Below, in pieces: positions 24,393-35,589 of a stretch of DNA of 64,000 bases. This DNA comes from Squalus acanthias. Its lineage: Eukaryota. The DNA lies in the NCBI GenBank assembly GCA_030390025.1, contig CM059432.1, forward strand, positions 119,290,001 through 119,354,000, written 5' to 3'. The notes under the pieces are model-generated. The model did no database searches and had not been told where the DNA came from. It saw only the letters and a program-made list of their open reading frames with translations. Every line of letters begins with the position of its first letter. Position 1 is the stretch's first letter. The translations under genes and the position numbers were made by a program.

Positions 24393-26310
24393 CTATCCTT
24401 GTGAATCTACTTGTGTCATCTTTCTCTTTCGTGTGCTTCTACGAGGTGCTACCCCTGTGGCTTCAGCAGAGGAAGAGGCAGCCTGCTCACTTCCCTGCTG
24501 AGACTGCTTAGACACTCTTGGCGGACGTCCTCTGTGTTTTGGAGCCAGTGAGGGCCCCGCCAAAGTCTGCTCTTCCTGCGACCGTGCAGGGGCAGACTCG
24601 GCCATTGCGATCCGAGGAGCCATCTAGGGCTCTGACTGAGGGGGTGGCAATGGGGGAGAAATGTAAGCACTTTGAGAGGAGCCCACACTTCCATGTTCCC
24701 TCTCACAGTCATCCCTCTCATGGGCCACCCGCACTTCCCTGCTAGCAAGGAGCTGGAGAGCACCTTGCTGCACATCAGTGGGGCCATGAGGACCCACGTA
24801 TACGCTGACATCCCTCCTAGACAGTATGTCTATGAGCATCTGCCATCTATTCTCCATAGATAGCCATCTATTCTCCATAGAGAACCATCTGCTCCTGTGA
24901 GTGGCACATTAGCTGCTCCATGCAGCTGGCCAGCTTATCCATGGAAGAGCCTACAGTCGCCAATTGCCTGTGACACAGTGGTGCTCATGTTGGAGATGGA
25001 CTCCTCCAGTATCCGAACATTTGCAGACATCATGCTCGCATAACCTGACAGAGCCTCCTGCACTTCTTCCTGCTCCTCCAGGATCGCCCTCTTTCTGGAT
25101 GGACCCCGAGGCTCTGCGCCTGCATGCAGCTGAGCAGAGCTGGGAGCGTCCTGCGCCCTCCGACAAGGAGTCTCCACTGCTGTCCTTGTCTCCACCATCT
25201 GCTCTTGCTCCCTTCTGACTTGTGACGGACCCGGTGACAACACTATTCTATCTCGCGTTGGACCCACCGAGGTGTGTGTCTTTGCGCTGGTGCTGGGTGT
25301 GCTCATGTCTGGTGACGGTACACCCTCAGAGGCTGGCGGCTCCTCTGAAGAGTCGCCTTGCTCTTCCTCCTGGCCAGTTGCGGGGGGGGGGGATGCGGTG
25401 CTCTTGATGGACCTGTGGGAGAGTAAAGAGAATAGTTAGATATGCCATATGAAGAATGGGTACACATACCATTATGCACATGATGATCTTTCAGTAGCTG
25501 ATGACATCAGTCCCCATATGAGTGACTGCTGTATGCCATGTAGCTGTATGAGATGTAACTCTGTCACCAGGTTGCTGAGATGTCACCCTCTCTCCGTCTC
25601 CCACCTCCAGCTGCTCGGCCAGTCCCGAGACTTCTAACGCCTCCTCCTCTGCTGCTGTTAAGGTGGCCAATGATGAAGGGCCTGCCCCGGTTCTCTCCCT
25701 CTCCCTCTTATTGTGCGCTCTCTTTTCCTGCAAGGAGGGAAAGAAGAGAAGGTTGAGTGAGAGTGATGGAATGAGTGTAAGGAATGGATGGGTTACATCT
25801 TTAGAGGGAGACTTTGAAGGGGTGGGATGGCAATCCAAGTGGCTTCCTTATGTTTTGTTAGTTGGTATGATTGCATTAGGATGAGGGTGAGTATGAGGGG
25901 TGGCTAGTAAGATGGCGATGTGATAATGTAGACAGAGAGAGAGGGATGGTTGGACTTGCAAGATATGTTGGTGTGAGTAAGGATGTGCAGGAGTAGGATT
26001 ACGAAGGCAGAGTGATGGGGATGTGATGAGAGGCACAGCAGGATGAAGTTGAGTGTGGCTTTGTACTCACCTTTCCTGATCCAATGAGATCATTGAAACA
26101 TTTCCGGCACTGCACCCAGGACCTCCTGACCACATCCCTGCTGTTCACCTCCTCTGCATTTTGGAGCTAAGCTCTTTTTGTCTCCTGGGGAGGTCTCTTC
26201 CACCCATTAGAAGGGAAGAGGACCTCCCTGCGTGCTCTGACTCCCTCCACAAGCATATGGAGGGAGTCATCGGAGAACCTGGGTGCAGCCCTCTGCCTCT
26301 GTGCAGCCAT
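24393..26310 (-). pseudogene. Degenerate Harbinger Myb/SANT gene (exons about 26310-26071, 25728-25569, 25411-24393)
   Basis: MAAQRQRAAPRFSDDSLHMLVEGVRARREVLFP; EKRAHNKRERERTGAG; C-terminus RRSTRKRK; paralogous to 9837-11710. Confidence 0.8.
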
Positions 26311-26702
26311 CTCTCCAACTGTTTCAAGCAATGAAAACCTCCACTGTGCTGCCTGCACACTCCTAGATGAACCTTCAGATGCAATGTGGCCATGGCTCCT
26401 TTAAATATCCCGGCTGAAAACGCATCATGGGTGACATCATCAGACCCACACCATTTAATTGGGCCGGTAACGCGCAGGGTGGGCTTCCTATGCCCCATTA
26501 TCGCAAAGTCGATTTCTGCAGCGGGATGGAAGCAACAACAGGGTCGCAACCCGCCACGCCGACCGCTCACATCCAACCCACCCAGGTACAGAAAATTCCA
26601 GCCATTGTGTGTGTTAAGACTTGATTTAATTCAATAAGGGATTATTCACAATCAACTGGTGTCAAGTATTAATCAGTCTTACAGTGGGGTGTTAAAACCT
26701 TG

Positions 26703-27417
26703 GGGCTAAAAGTTGAGTAGCGCCCCATTTGGGACTCTAACTTCACCGTCCGGAAAATTTGGCGCCCCCACGCCGCAAATTGAGTGGTTGCACCCCAAGA
26801 GGGAAGCGGGGCGCTACTGAAAGCACCCGCATCCCTCTTGGGGCGCTGCGAGTCAATGTTGCGCTGGAGTATTGCAGGCCTTCCACCCCTTCTTAAAGGG
26901 GAGGGGCCTTGCGCAGCGCGACCCGGGGCCCAGCTGGGCCCCCGGGGATTGCGAGTGCCGGCAAAAGAGCCCGGCACTCAAGAAAAGTGCTGGGCTCTTG
27001 GAGCGCAACCGGCACTCCGCGGGGGGGGCGTCATTCAGGAGGCCAGGGACGGGAGCGCAGGCAGGTGCTAGCAGGCGGTCAGCAACAAAATTGGCCGCCC
27101 CGCACCTCGCCTTTAAATTGCGCCCCCCGGCCGCAGGTAAGCCCCCCTGACCCCGTCGGACATAGCGTCAGGCGGTAAGTCAGGGGGCGCTCACGAAGAT
27201 CGCGGCCAGGGTGCCAGCAGGGCACTGTGCATGGCGATGATGTCATCGCCGGCAGCGCAGTGCTGCGGGGCGCTACTGGATAGCACCACCGCTAACCTCT
27301 CGCTAAATTTCACGGGAGGCGTGAGTGGCGCCGCACCCGGGCGCTAGTTGCTTTGGGTTTCCTTAGGGCCCTCTTAGGGCGCTAACGGGAGGCGCAAAGC
27401 AACCCAATTTTTCCCCT
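26703..27417. mobile_element. Harbinger MITE (type B, reverse orientation relative to 34488)
   Basis: Ends GGGCTAAAAGTT / AATTTTTCCCCT; TSD TTG; reverse-complement homologue of 34488-35258. Confidence 0.88.
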
Positions 27418-28215
27418 TTGGTGTCATATTTGACCCTGAAATGAGCTTCCGACCACATATCCGTGCCATCACTAAGACCACCTATTTCCATCTCCGGAAC
27501 ATCGCTCCACTCCGCTCCTGCCTCAGCTCATCTGTTGCTGAAACCCTCATCCACTCAGCTCATCTGTTGCTGAAACCCTCATCCACTCAGCTCATCTGTT
27601 GCTGAAACCCTCATCCACTCAGCTCATCTGTTGCTGAAACCCTCATCCACTCAGCTCATCTGTTGCTGAAACCCTCATCCACTCAGCAACATCTGTTGCT
27701 GAAACCCTCATCCACTCAGCTCATCTGTTGCTGAAACCCTCATCCACTCAGCTCATCTGTTGCTGAAACCCTCATCCTCTCAGCAACATCTGTTGCTGAA
27801 ACCCTCATCCACTCAGCTCATCTGTTGCTGAAACCCTCATCCACTCAGCTCATCTGTTGCTGAAACCCTCATCCACTCAGCAACATCTGTTGCTGAAACC
27901 CTCATCCACTCAGCTCATCTGTTGCTGAAACCCTCATCCACTCAGCTCATCTGTTGCTGAAACCCTCATCCATGCCTTTGTTACCTCGAGACTTGACTAT
28001 TCTAACGCATTACTGGCTGGCCTCCCACTTTCTACCCTCCATAAACTTAAGGTCATCCAAATCTCTGTTGCCCGTGTCCTAACTTGGTCCAAGTACCATT
28101 CATCAATCACCCCTGTGCTCGTTGACCTACTTTGGCTCCTGGTTAAGCAACACCTTGATTTTAAAATTCTCATCCTTGTTTTCAAATACCCCCATGGCCT
28201 CGCCCTCCCTATCTT
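27418..28215 (+). mobile_element. L2 LINE fragment (ORF2 C-terminal region) containing a minisatellite
   Basis: LGVIFDPEMSFRPHI..KTTYFHLRNIA..AETLIHAFVTSRLDYSNALLAGLP. Confidence 0.85.
27522..27972. repeat. 32-bp minisatellite x14 (CTCAGCTCATCTGTTGCTGAAACCCTCATCCA) with three 33-bp variants
   Basis: Direct reading; AGCAACATC variants near 27685, 27782 and 27879. Confidence 0.92.
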
Positions 28216-28372
28216 TCCTCAGATATGTTAATGGTGACATTAACCTGTTGCAATAAATGGCTTAATGGCTCCATAACAGTAGACAAAGGAATTTGATATG
28301 ACTGCTTTAATAGTTCATACACCAACATCCCAGTGTTCAAGGTCTGTGATTTTATTAACCTCTTGTCTTGTT

Positions 28373-28558
28373 GGAGGTGACAGTATGGTCAGGCACTCTC
28401 AGCACAGAGCCGCAATCACGGTGTACGCTGGCCAGAAAATTACAAGCATTGATTTAAATTAATGGACAGAAAATCAGGCTCAGAGCCCATGATTTTCCTG
28501 CTAGTGCTCCCTGTGAGTGATGCTCTGTGTTGGGAGTGCCGAACCACAGAATCACCCC
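28373..28558. mobile_element. Old palindromic MITE
   Basis: GGCACTCTCAGCACAGAGC pairs with GCTCTGTGTTGGGAGTGCC; ends GGTGA../..TCACC. Confidence 0.5.
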
Positions 28559-28635
28559 TATAACCTCGAGTATCTATCACTCCTCTGACTTTTTTATTGT
28601 GCCAACCATATATATATATATAAATCATGCAAATT

Positions 28636-28720
28636 TTAATCATGTATATATTAACCATGCATAAATTAACAATGTATATATTAATCATCCATAGATTAAC
28701 CATGTATATATTAACAATGG
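28636..28720. repeat. AT-rich 15-bp tandem repeat x5.6
   Basis: Units of the form TTAAYMATGYATANA. Confidence 0.75.
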
Positions 28721-28859
28721 CACTTCCAAAATACACAATTTTGTCTGTAACTTTCTGATTGATCTTCTTTGAAATTATTTGCACCTATTAAAGTAAAATT
28801 TCTTCTATGATTATTAGCATTGCTATATCCTCTGTCTGAGATCTCTGTCCTGCCGCATC

Positions 28860-30455
28860 CAGTCATGAATGGTGGTGGACCATTAAACAACTAACGGGAG
28901 GAGGAGGCTCCATGAATATCCCCATCCTCAATGATGGTGGAGCCCAACACGTAACTGCAAAAGACAAGGCTGAAGCGTTTGCAACCATCTTCAGCCAGAA
29001 GTGCCGAGTGGATGATCCATATTGGCCCACTCCTGAGGTCCCCACCATCACAGAAGCCAGTCTTCAACCAATTCGATTCACTCCATGTGATATCAAGAAA
29101 CAGCTGAGCGCACTGGATACAGCAAAGGATATGGGCCCCGACAACATCCCGGCTATCGTGCTGAAGACTTGTGCTCCAGAACTAGCCGCACCTCTAGCCA
29201 AGCTGTTCCAGTACAGCTACAACACTGGCATCTATCCGACAATGTGGAAAACTGCCCAGGTGTGTCCTGTGCACAAAAAGCAGGACAAATCCAACCCGGC
29301 CAATTACCACCTCATCAGTCTACTCTCAATCATTAGCAAAGTGATGGAAGGTATCATTGACAGTGCTATCAAGCGCCACTTACTCACCAATAACCTGCTC
29401 ACGGAAGCCCAGTTTGGGTTCCGCCAAGACCACTCAGGCTCCCAACCTCATTACAGCCGTGGCCCAAACATGGACAAAGGAGCTGAATTCCAGAGGTGAG
29501 GTGAGAGTGACTGCTCTTGGCATCAAGGCAGCATTTGACTGAGTGTGGCATCAAGGAGCCCTGGTCAAACGGAAGTCAATGGGAATCAGGGGGAAAACAC
29601 TCCACTGGCTGGAGTCATACCTAGCACAAAGGAAGATGGTTGTGGTGGTTGAAGGTCAATCATCACAGCCCCAGGACATCGCGGCAGGAGTTCCTCAGGG
29701 CAGTGTCCTACGCCCAACCATCTTCAGCTGCTTCATCAATGACCTTCCCTCCAACATAAGGTCATAAATGGGAATGTCCGCTGATGACTGCACAGTGTTC
29801 AGCGCCATTCACAACTCCTCAGATAATGAAGCAGTCCATGTCCGCATGCAACATGACATGGACGACGTTCAAGCTTGGGCTGATAAGTGGCAGGTAACAT
29901 TCACACCACAGAAGTGCCAGGCAATGACTATCTCCAACAAGCGAGAGTCTAACCATCTCCCCTTAACATTCAATGGTATTTACCATCGCCGAATCCCCCA
30001 CCATCAACATCCTGGGGGTCACCATTGACCAGAAACTTAACTGGTCCAGCCACACAAATACTGTGGCAACAAGAGCAGGTCAGAGGCTAGGTATTCTGCA
30101 GCGAGTGTCTCACCTCCTGACTCCTCAAAGCCTTTCCACCATCTACAAGGCACAAGTAATGAGTGTGATGGAATACTCTCCATTTGCCTGGATGAGTGCA
30201 GCTCCAACAACATTCAAGAAGCTCGACACCATCCAGGACAAAGCAGCCCACTTGATTGGCACCCCATCCACCACCTTAAACATTCACTCCCTCCACCACC
30301 GGCGTACCGTGGCTGCAGTGTGTACCATCTACACGATGCACTGCAGCAACTTGCCAAGGCTTCTTCGGCAGCACCTCCCAAACTCGCAACCTCTTCCACT
30401 TAGAAGGACAAGGGCACCTCCAAGTTCACCTCCAAGTCACAAACCATCCTGACTT
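28860..30455 (+). mobile_element. CR1-clade LINE family B, RT region to near the 3' end
   Basis: GPDNIPAIVLKTCAPELAAPLAKLF..GVPQGSVL..SADDCT..LGVTIDQKLNW..MEYSPFAW; frameshifted. Confidence 0.88.
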
Positions 30456-30466
30456 ATAGAGTCATA

Positions 30467-31364
30467 GGGGGAAAAATTCAGTTGGTTGCGCCTCCCGTTA
30501 GCGCCTTAAGAGGGCGCTAATAGGGCGCAAAGCATCTAGCGCCCGGGCGTGGCGATGTTTGCGCCGCTCACGAAATTAACTAGATATTTTGCGGCGGCGC
30601 TAAACAGTAGCGCCACGATCTCCTGCGCCGGCAGATCGTGACGTCAGTCGAGTGCGCAACGCCCCGGTATCGCCCCGGAGCGGATATTGAGTGGCGCCCC
30701 CTGACTTACCGCCTGCCGCTAGCAACGACAGGTTGAGGGGAGCGTTTTGCAGTCAGGAAGGGACTGGGGCAAGCGCTATTTAAAGGCGACCGCTTCCTGC
30801 CTTTTATTGTTGTTGACATTTTTGAACCACGCATTCTGAGAGAGAGAGAGAGAGAGAGACTTCTGGAGAGATTCAATGCTGTGTGAAGGAGTTTTGGGTA
30901 CTGAGCAGCACTTTGCAGGTACATTTTGATTTGCCCTTCCTTGTATCGATTTAGAAGAGACTGTGGGGGCTGCACTCTGAGCTCTTTCCCTGTTACTCTC
31001 CATTTTTCTTTCCAGCAGATTTGATGTGCAGGTCTCTCGAGGCCGAGATTCAAGGCTGCAATGAGCAGGATGTGGATGGAAAGCAAGATCAACCATCCCC
31101 TTTAAGAACTGGCCGGCGCCATTGTGTGTGTGTTCCATTGCTGACTGACATCACATGAGCTTCGCCAGCGCTCTGAGGTAGCGCCTCGCTCCTCGGCCTT
31201 TGCGCCTTAAGACAGGTGTGACGCGCCTGATTTAGCGCTCCAAACTCCTCCAGGGGTGATAAAAGTCAAGTTTGCAGTCGGTGGCGATAATTAGCGCCAG
31301 GCGCTAATCTTTGCGCCCGGCCGATAATTGCGCCCCAAATGGGGCGATACTGAATTTCTCCCCC
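30467..31364. mobile_element. Harbinger MITE (type A)
   Basis: TIR GGGGGAAAAATTCAGT / ACTGAATTTCTCCCCC; TSD ATA within the (ATAGAGTC)n tail of a CR1. Confidence 0.92.
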
Positions 31365-32280
31365 ATAGAGTCATAGAGTTATACAGCACAGAAAGAGGCC
31401 CTTCAGCCCATCATGTCCGCACTGGCCATCAAGCCCTGTCTATTCTAATCCCATTTTCCAGCTCTTGGTCCGTAGCCTTGTATGCTATGGCGTTTCAGGT
31501 GCTCATCTAAATGCTTCTTGAATGTTGTGAGGGTTCCTGCCACTACCATCCTTTCAGGCAGTGAGTTCCAGATTCCAACCACCCTCTGGGTGAAAAAGGT
31601 TTTCCTCAAATCCCCTCTAAACCTCCTGCCCCTTACCTTGAAACTATGCCCCCTTGTTATTGACCCCTCTACTAAGGGGAAAAGTTCCTTTCTATCTACC
31701 CTATCTATGCCCCTCCTCGCTATTTACCACCCCACCAATTTTCATGTTATCTGCGAACTTACTGATCATACCTCCTACATTCATATCTAAATCATTAATG
31801 TACACTACAAACAGCAAAGGACCCAGCACCGATCCCTGTGGTACACCACTGGACACAGGCTTCCAGTCACAAAAACAACCTTCGACCATCACCCTCTGCC
31901 TCCTGCCACTAAGCCAATTTTGGATCCAATGTGCCAAGTTGCCCTGGATCCCATGGGCTCTTACCTTCTTGACCAGTCTCCCATGCGGGACTTTGTCAAA
32001 AGCCTTACTGAAGTCCATGTAGACCACATCAACTGCACTACCCTCATCCACACACCTAGTCACCCCCTCGAAAAATTTAATCAATTTGGTCAGACATGAT
32101 CTCCCCCTGACAAAGCCATGCTGACTATCCTTGATTAATCCTTGCCTCTCCAAGTGGAGACTAATTCTGTCCCTCAGAATTTTTTCCAATAATTTCCCTA
32201 CCACTGATGTTAGGCTCACTGGCCTATAATTCCCTGGTTTATCCCTACTACCCTTCTTGAATAATGGTACTACGTTAGCT
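31365..32280 (-). mobile_element. CR1 LINE 3' fragment with an internal deletion near 31715
   Basis: YRPVSLTSVVGKLLE..QHGFVRGRSCLT..GVPQGSVLGPLLF..KFAD joined directly to the C-terminal/3' UTR part. Confidence 0.85.
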
Positions 32281-32808
32281 GTTAGCTTAGAAATATATTG
32301 CCAATTATTCATCGTCGCTGGGTCAAAATCCTGGAACTCCCTACCTAACAGCACTGTGGGAGTACCTTCACCACACGGACTGCAGCTGTTCAAGAAGGCG
32401 GTTCACCAGCACGTTCTCAAGGGCAATAATTGCTGGCCTTGCCAGTGATGCCCTCATCCCATAAACAAATTAAAAAAAAATACTTTTCAAACCCTGGCAT
32501 CAGTTTTTGATTAAAGTTTCCTTTTTCTATTCATTCAACCATCTTTCATTGAAGAGCTGAGAGTCTTTCCTACCCACTCTCACTCTTCTCTTTTGATGCC
32601 TTTAAGTATTGCTATTAAGTGAAGTGCCATATCTGGTTGAGCGGGGGGGGAATGAGGAACAGTTTCCATTTGGCTGATGTTCTAAGACCTATCGTTTCAC
32701 GTTAATATTGTCCTACAATGCATTGCTCCACCACAGAATAGAAAGTGAAGTTTAAGGTATCCAGGCAATGATTGATAGCCTTTTAGCCACCAAGGCAGCA
32801 GACACTTT

Positions 32809-33140
32809 GGGGTGAATTTTAGCAGGTGGGTTGGGTCGGGCAGATGTAAAAAAAATGTTTAATCTCAAACCCGACAACAACCCACCCACCCGCCCACTTC
32901 CAGGCTTAACGGAGGCGGGACAAGGGACGGGCAGCCAACCCGTTCCCAGGAAGCGGATTGACCATCTAAATATTCTAATGAGGCCGGGAGCCTCACATTT
33001 AACTTCCCTTACAGATTTAACCCTGGCCAGCCGGATTTCCCAGGCCTCGGGCAACCCGGCAGCTCAGGGGAGGAGAGGACTACTTTGGGGCAACGCTAAG
33101 AGCCCTTATAGCATTGCTTTGGGCCAGAAGGAGCAGAAAT
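32809..33140. mobile_element. Non-autonomous Harbinger-like fragment related to 2436-3030
   Basis: GGGGTGAATTTTAGC terminus and shared body. Confidence 0.5.
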
Positions 33141-33149
33141 GCTGTAAGT

Positions 33150-33400
33150 AGTAAAACGCCCTAAGGCGCGTCACAGAAGCGTTATCAGACAAAATTTGAC
33201 ACCGAGCTACATAAAGATATATTTGGACAGGTGGTCAAGGAGATAGGTTTTAAGGAGTGTCTTAAAGGAGGAAAAAGAGTTAGAGAGGCAGAGAGGTTAG
33301 GGAGAGAATTTCAAAGCTTAGGGCCTAAACAACTGAAGGCCGACTGCCAATTTTGGGGCGAAGGAAATCGGGGATGCTCAAGAGGCCAGAACGCAGAGAT
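33150..33400 (-). mobile_element. L2 3' end fragment
   Basis: Reverse complement of the L2 tail at 54790-54990 (CTCGGTGTCAAATTTTG..GATAACGCT). Confidence 0.75.
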
Positions 33401-33412
33401 CTCACAACACAG

Positions 33413-35325
33413 TGTGAAGGAATAAGCCATATAACCTATTCAGAAAAATATACTTTCTTATGAAAGAATTCTGGCCTTATTAAAACATAACAAACTGGGT
33501 TTGGAAATTTAGAAACCTAACTGTGAAATAGCTATGAAAGCATTCTGGCTATTGAGATAAGACAGTTGTTGACCCTGAATAAATAACCTTACTGAAACAG
33601 AAGGTGAATGGCACCGACAGGCTGACCTTTTGGGAAAGAAACAATGGTTCACCCTGGATAAGGTGTTCTAATTTAAACTTTGTAAAGATAGTATGTAAGA
33701 TAAGGAACATCTGCCCTCGTAAAGATGAAATAAAGTAAGGAACACCTGTCATCACACCGTTTTTATATGGTAAGCTTAGAACACCTAGAGATGAGACAAG
33801 ATTCTGGCTGAGGTGGCAGTAAGAGTTGAAGAGATCGGCAGAAAAATGACTAGAGATAATTAGCTTGCATCAGCAGAAAACCTTAAAGGAAATACCACTG
33901 GAAAAGGGTATAAATATTGAACTCTCAAATGGGATAACAGACTCGCTTTAATCAGGCAAAGTGATTCTCGGCTTCAGAGGCGGCTCTGTCGTCTCGAACT
34001 CTTTGTACCTCGGGAATCAAAGGTATTTGATATTGATGGATATCCTGAATAGAAACCTTTAAGAACTGTAATACTGTAGTGAAGTTAAGATTTAAAAGTA
34101 AGATTCTCTGTTAATAATAAGATAGCATTTTTTCTCTTTTTAGAACGGTTAATGTTGAGGTTGACTGATTCACCAACTGTAATTTGCATGTCGGTTCTTT
34201 AATAAATCTATATATTTTTAGAATTATCTCACATAAGACTTCTGTATCAAAAACTCGCGAACTCAATCTCTGTACACTCTTTGGTGAGGAGTTTCAGAAT
34301 TCTGAGGGAGTTTTCCAGATCCTCATAATGTCCGAAATGTTACAGTCTAGCTCAACTTATTAAAAGCGCTATCTGGAGGACAGTAACATTCTCGGGTTGT
34401 TCCTTTCCTTTAGGGAGAGATAGCCCGGACCTTTAAACCCAATTAAGCATCTTTAGGAGTCAGCTCAAACATTAGTTGAAAGTGAACGGGGGAAAAATTC
34501 AGTTGGTTGCACCTCCCGTTAGCGCCTTAAGAGGGCGCTAATGGGGCGCAAGGCAACTTGCGCCCGGGTGCGGTGCCGCCTACACCTCCTGCAAAATTCA
34601 GCGGGAGCTTAGCAGCAGCGCTAACCGGTAGTGCCGTGTGGCACTGCGCCACCAGCGATGACGTCATTGCCGTGCGCAGCGCCCTGCTCGCGCTCCGGCC
34701 GCGATCTTCGGTAGCGCCCCTTGACTTACCGCCGGACGCTTTGTCCAAAGGGGTCAGTTGGGCCTACCTGCGGCCGGGGCGGCGCTAGTTAATGGGGAGG
34801 TGGCGGGCGGCCATTTTTGTTGCTGGCCGCCTGACAGCACCTTACCCCGTTGCTGTCCCCAGCCCCCATGAAGCCCCCACCGCGAAGTGACAGCTGTGCT
34901 CCAAGAGCCCGGCACTTCTCTTGAGTGCCGGGCTCTTTTGCTGGCACTCCCGATCCCCAGGGGTCCAGCTGGGCCCCGGTTTGCGTTGCGCAAGGCCCCT
35001 CCCCTTTAAGAAGGGGAGAAAGGCCTGCAATACCGCGGTGCAACGTGCTGCAGCGCCTGGTGCTGCAGCACGTAGCGCCACGATATTGACTCGCACCACC
35101 CCAAGAGGGATGCGGGGCGCTTCCAGTAGCACCCCGCTTCCCTCTTCGGGTGCAAGCACTCAATTTCCGGCCCGGGGGCGCTAATTTTTATGGGGCGCTA
35201 AAAGTAACGCCCCAGCGAAGTTAGCACCCCAAAGGGGGCACGACTCAATTTTTCCCCCAATGTCTGAGAAATACGCCTGATCCGGGGTAGCCCTAAAGGG
35301 GCTAGGACTAGTAAAAATCCCTTCA
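33413..35325 (+). repeat. 5' LTR (1139 bp plus the MITE insertion)
   Basis: Collinear with 38018-39156; TATAAA at 33909, AATAAA at 34201. Confidence 0.93.
34488..35258. mobile_element. Harbinger MITE (type B) inserted in the 5' LTR
   Basis: TIR GGGGGAAAAATT / AATTTTTCCCCC; TSD AAC/AAT; absent from the 3' LTR. Confidence 0.93.
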
Positions 35326-35327
35326 GT

Positions 35328-35345
35328 TGGCAACCAACGTGTGTG
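35328..35345 (+). promoter_or_regulatory. Degenerate primer-binding site, tRNA-Lys1,2 type
   Basis: TGGCAACCAACGTGTGTG 2 nt after the LTR end; 13/18 match to TGGCGCCCAACGTGGGGC. Confidence 0.7.
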
Positions 35346-35589
35346 TTAACGAGTTGATAGAGAACCCTATACTTATATTTATATCTATATCCATCTCGTA
35401 GATTGTTAAGTATAGAAGGAGTGTGTTACTGACAGTGGTACTAAGACCCAGATTTAAGTCTCTAGAGATGACAAGTCCCTGATCAGGCCTTGTAGAACTT
35501 AAATCAGAACTCCCTCAATATACCACTGAGGTCTAGAAATTTCTTATAAAGTTCATATTAAATCCTAACCGAGGTTAGGTCCTGACGAA

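Larger units (their letters stand above)
12543..26603. mobile_element. Putative single older Harbinger element expanded to 14 kb by nested insertions
   Basis: Ends GGCCGGAATTTTCTG and CAGAAAATTCCAGCC form a 14/15 inverted repeat, flanked by ATT on both sides (12540-12542, 26604-26606); inward-facing Myb gene at the right end. Confidence 0.55.

Noticed and set aside
27522..27972. CRISPR-like array of 32-bp repeats
   Set aside because: No spacers, eukaryotic context, and the unit derives from L2
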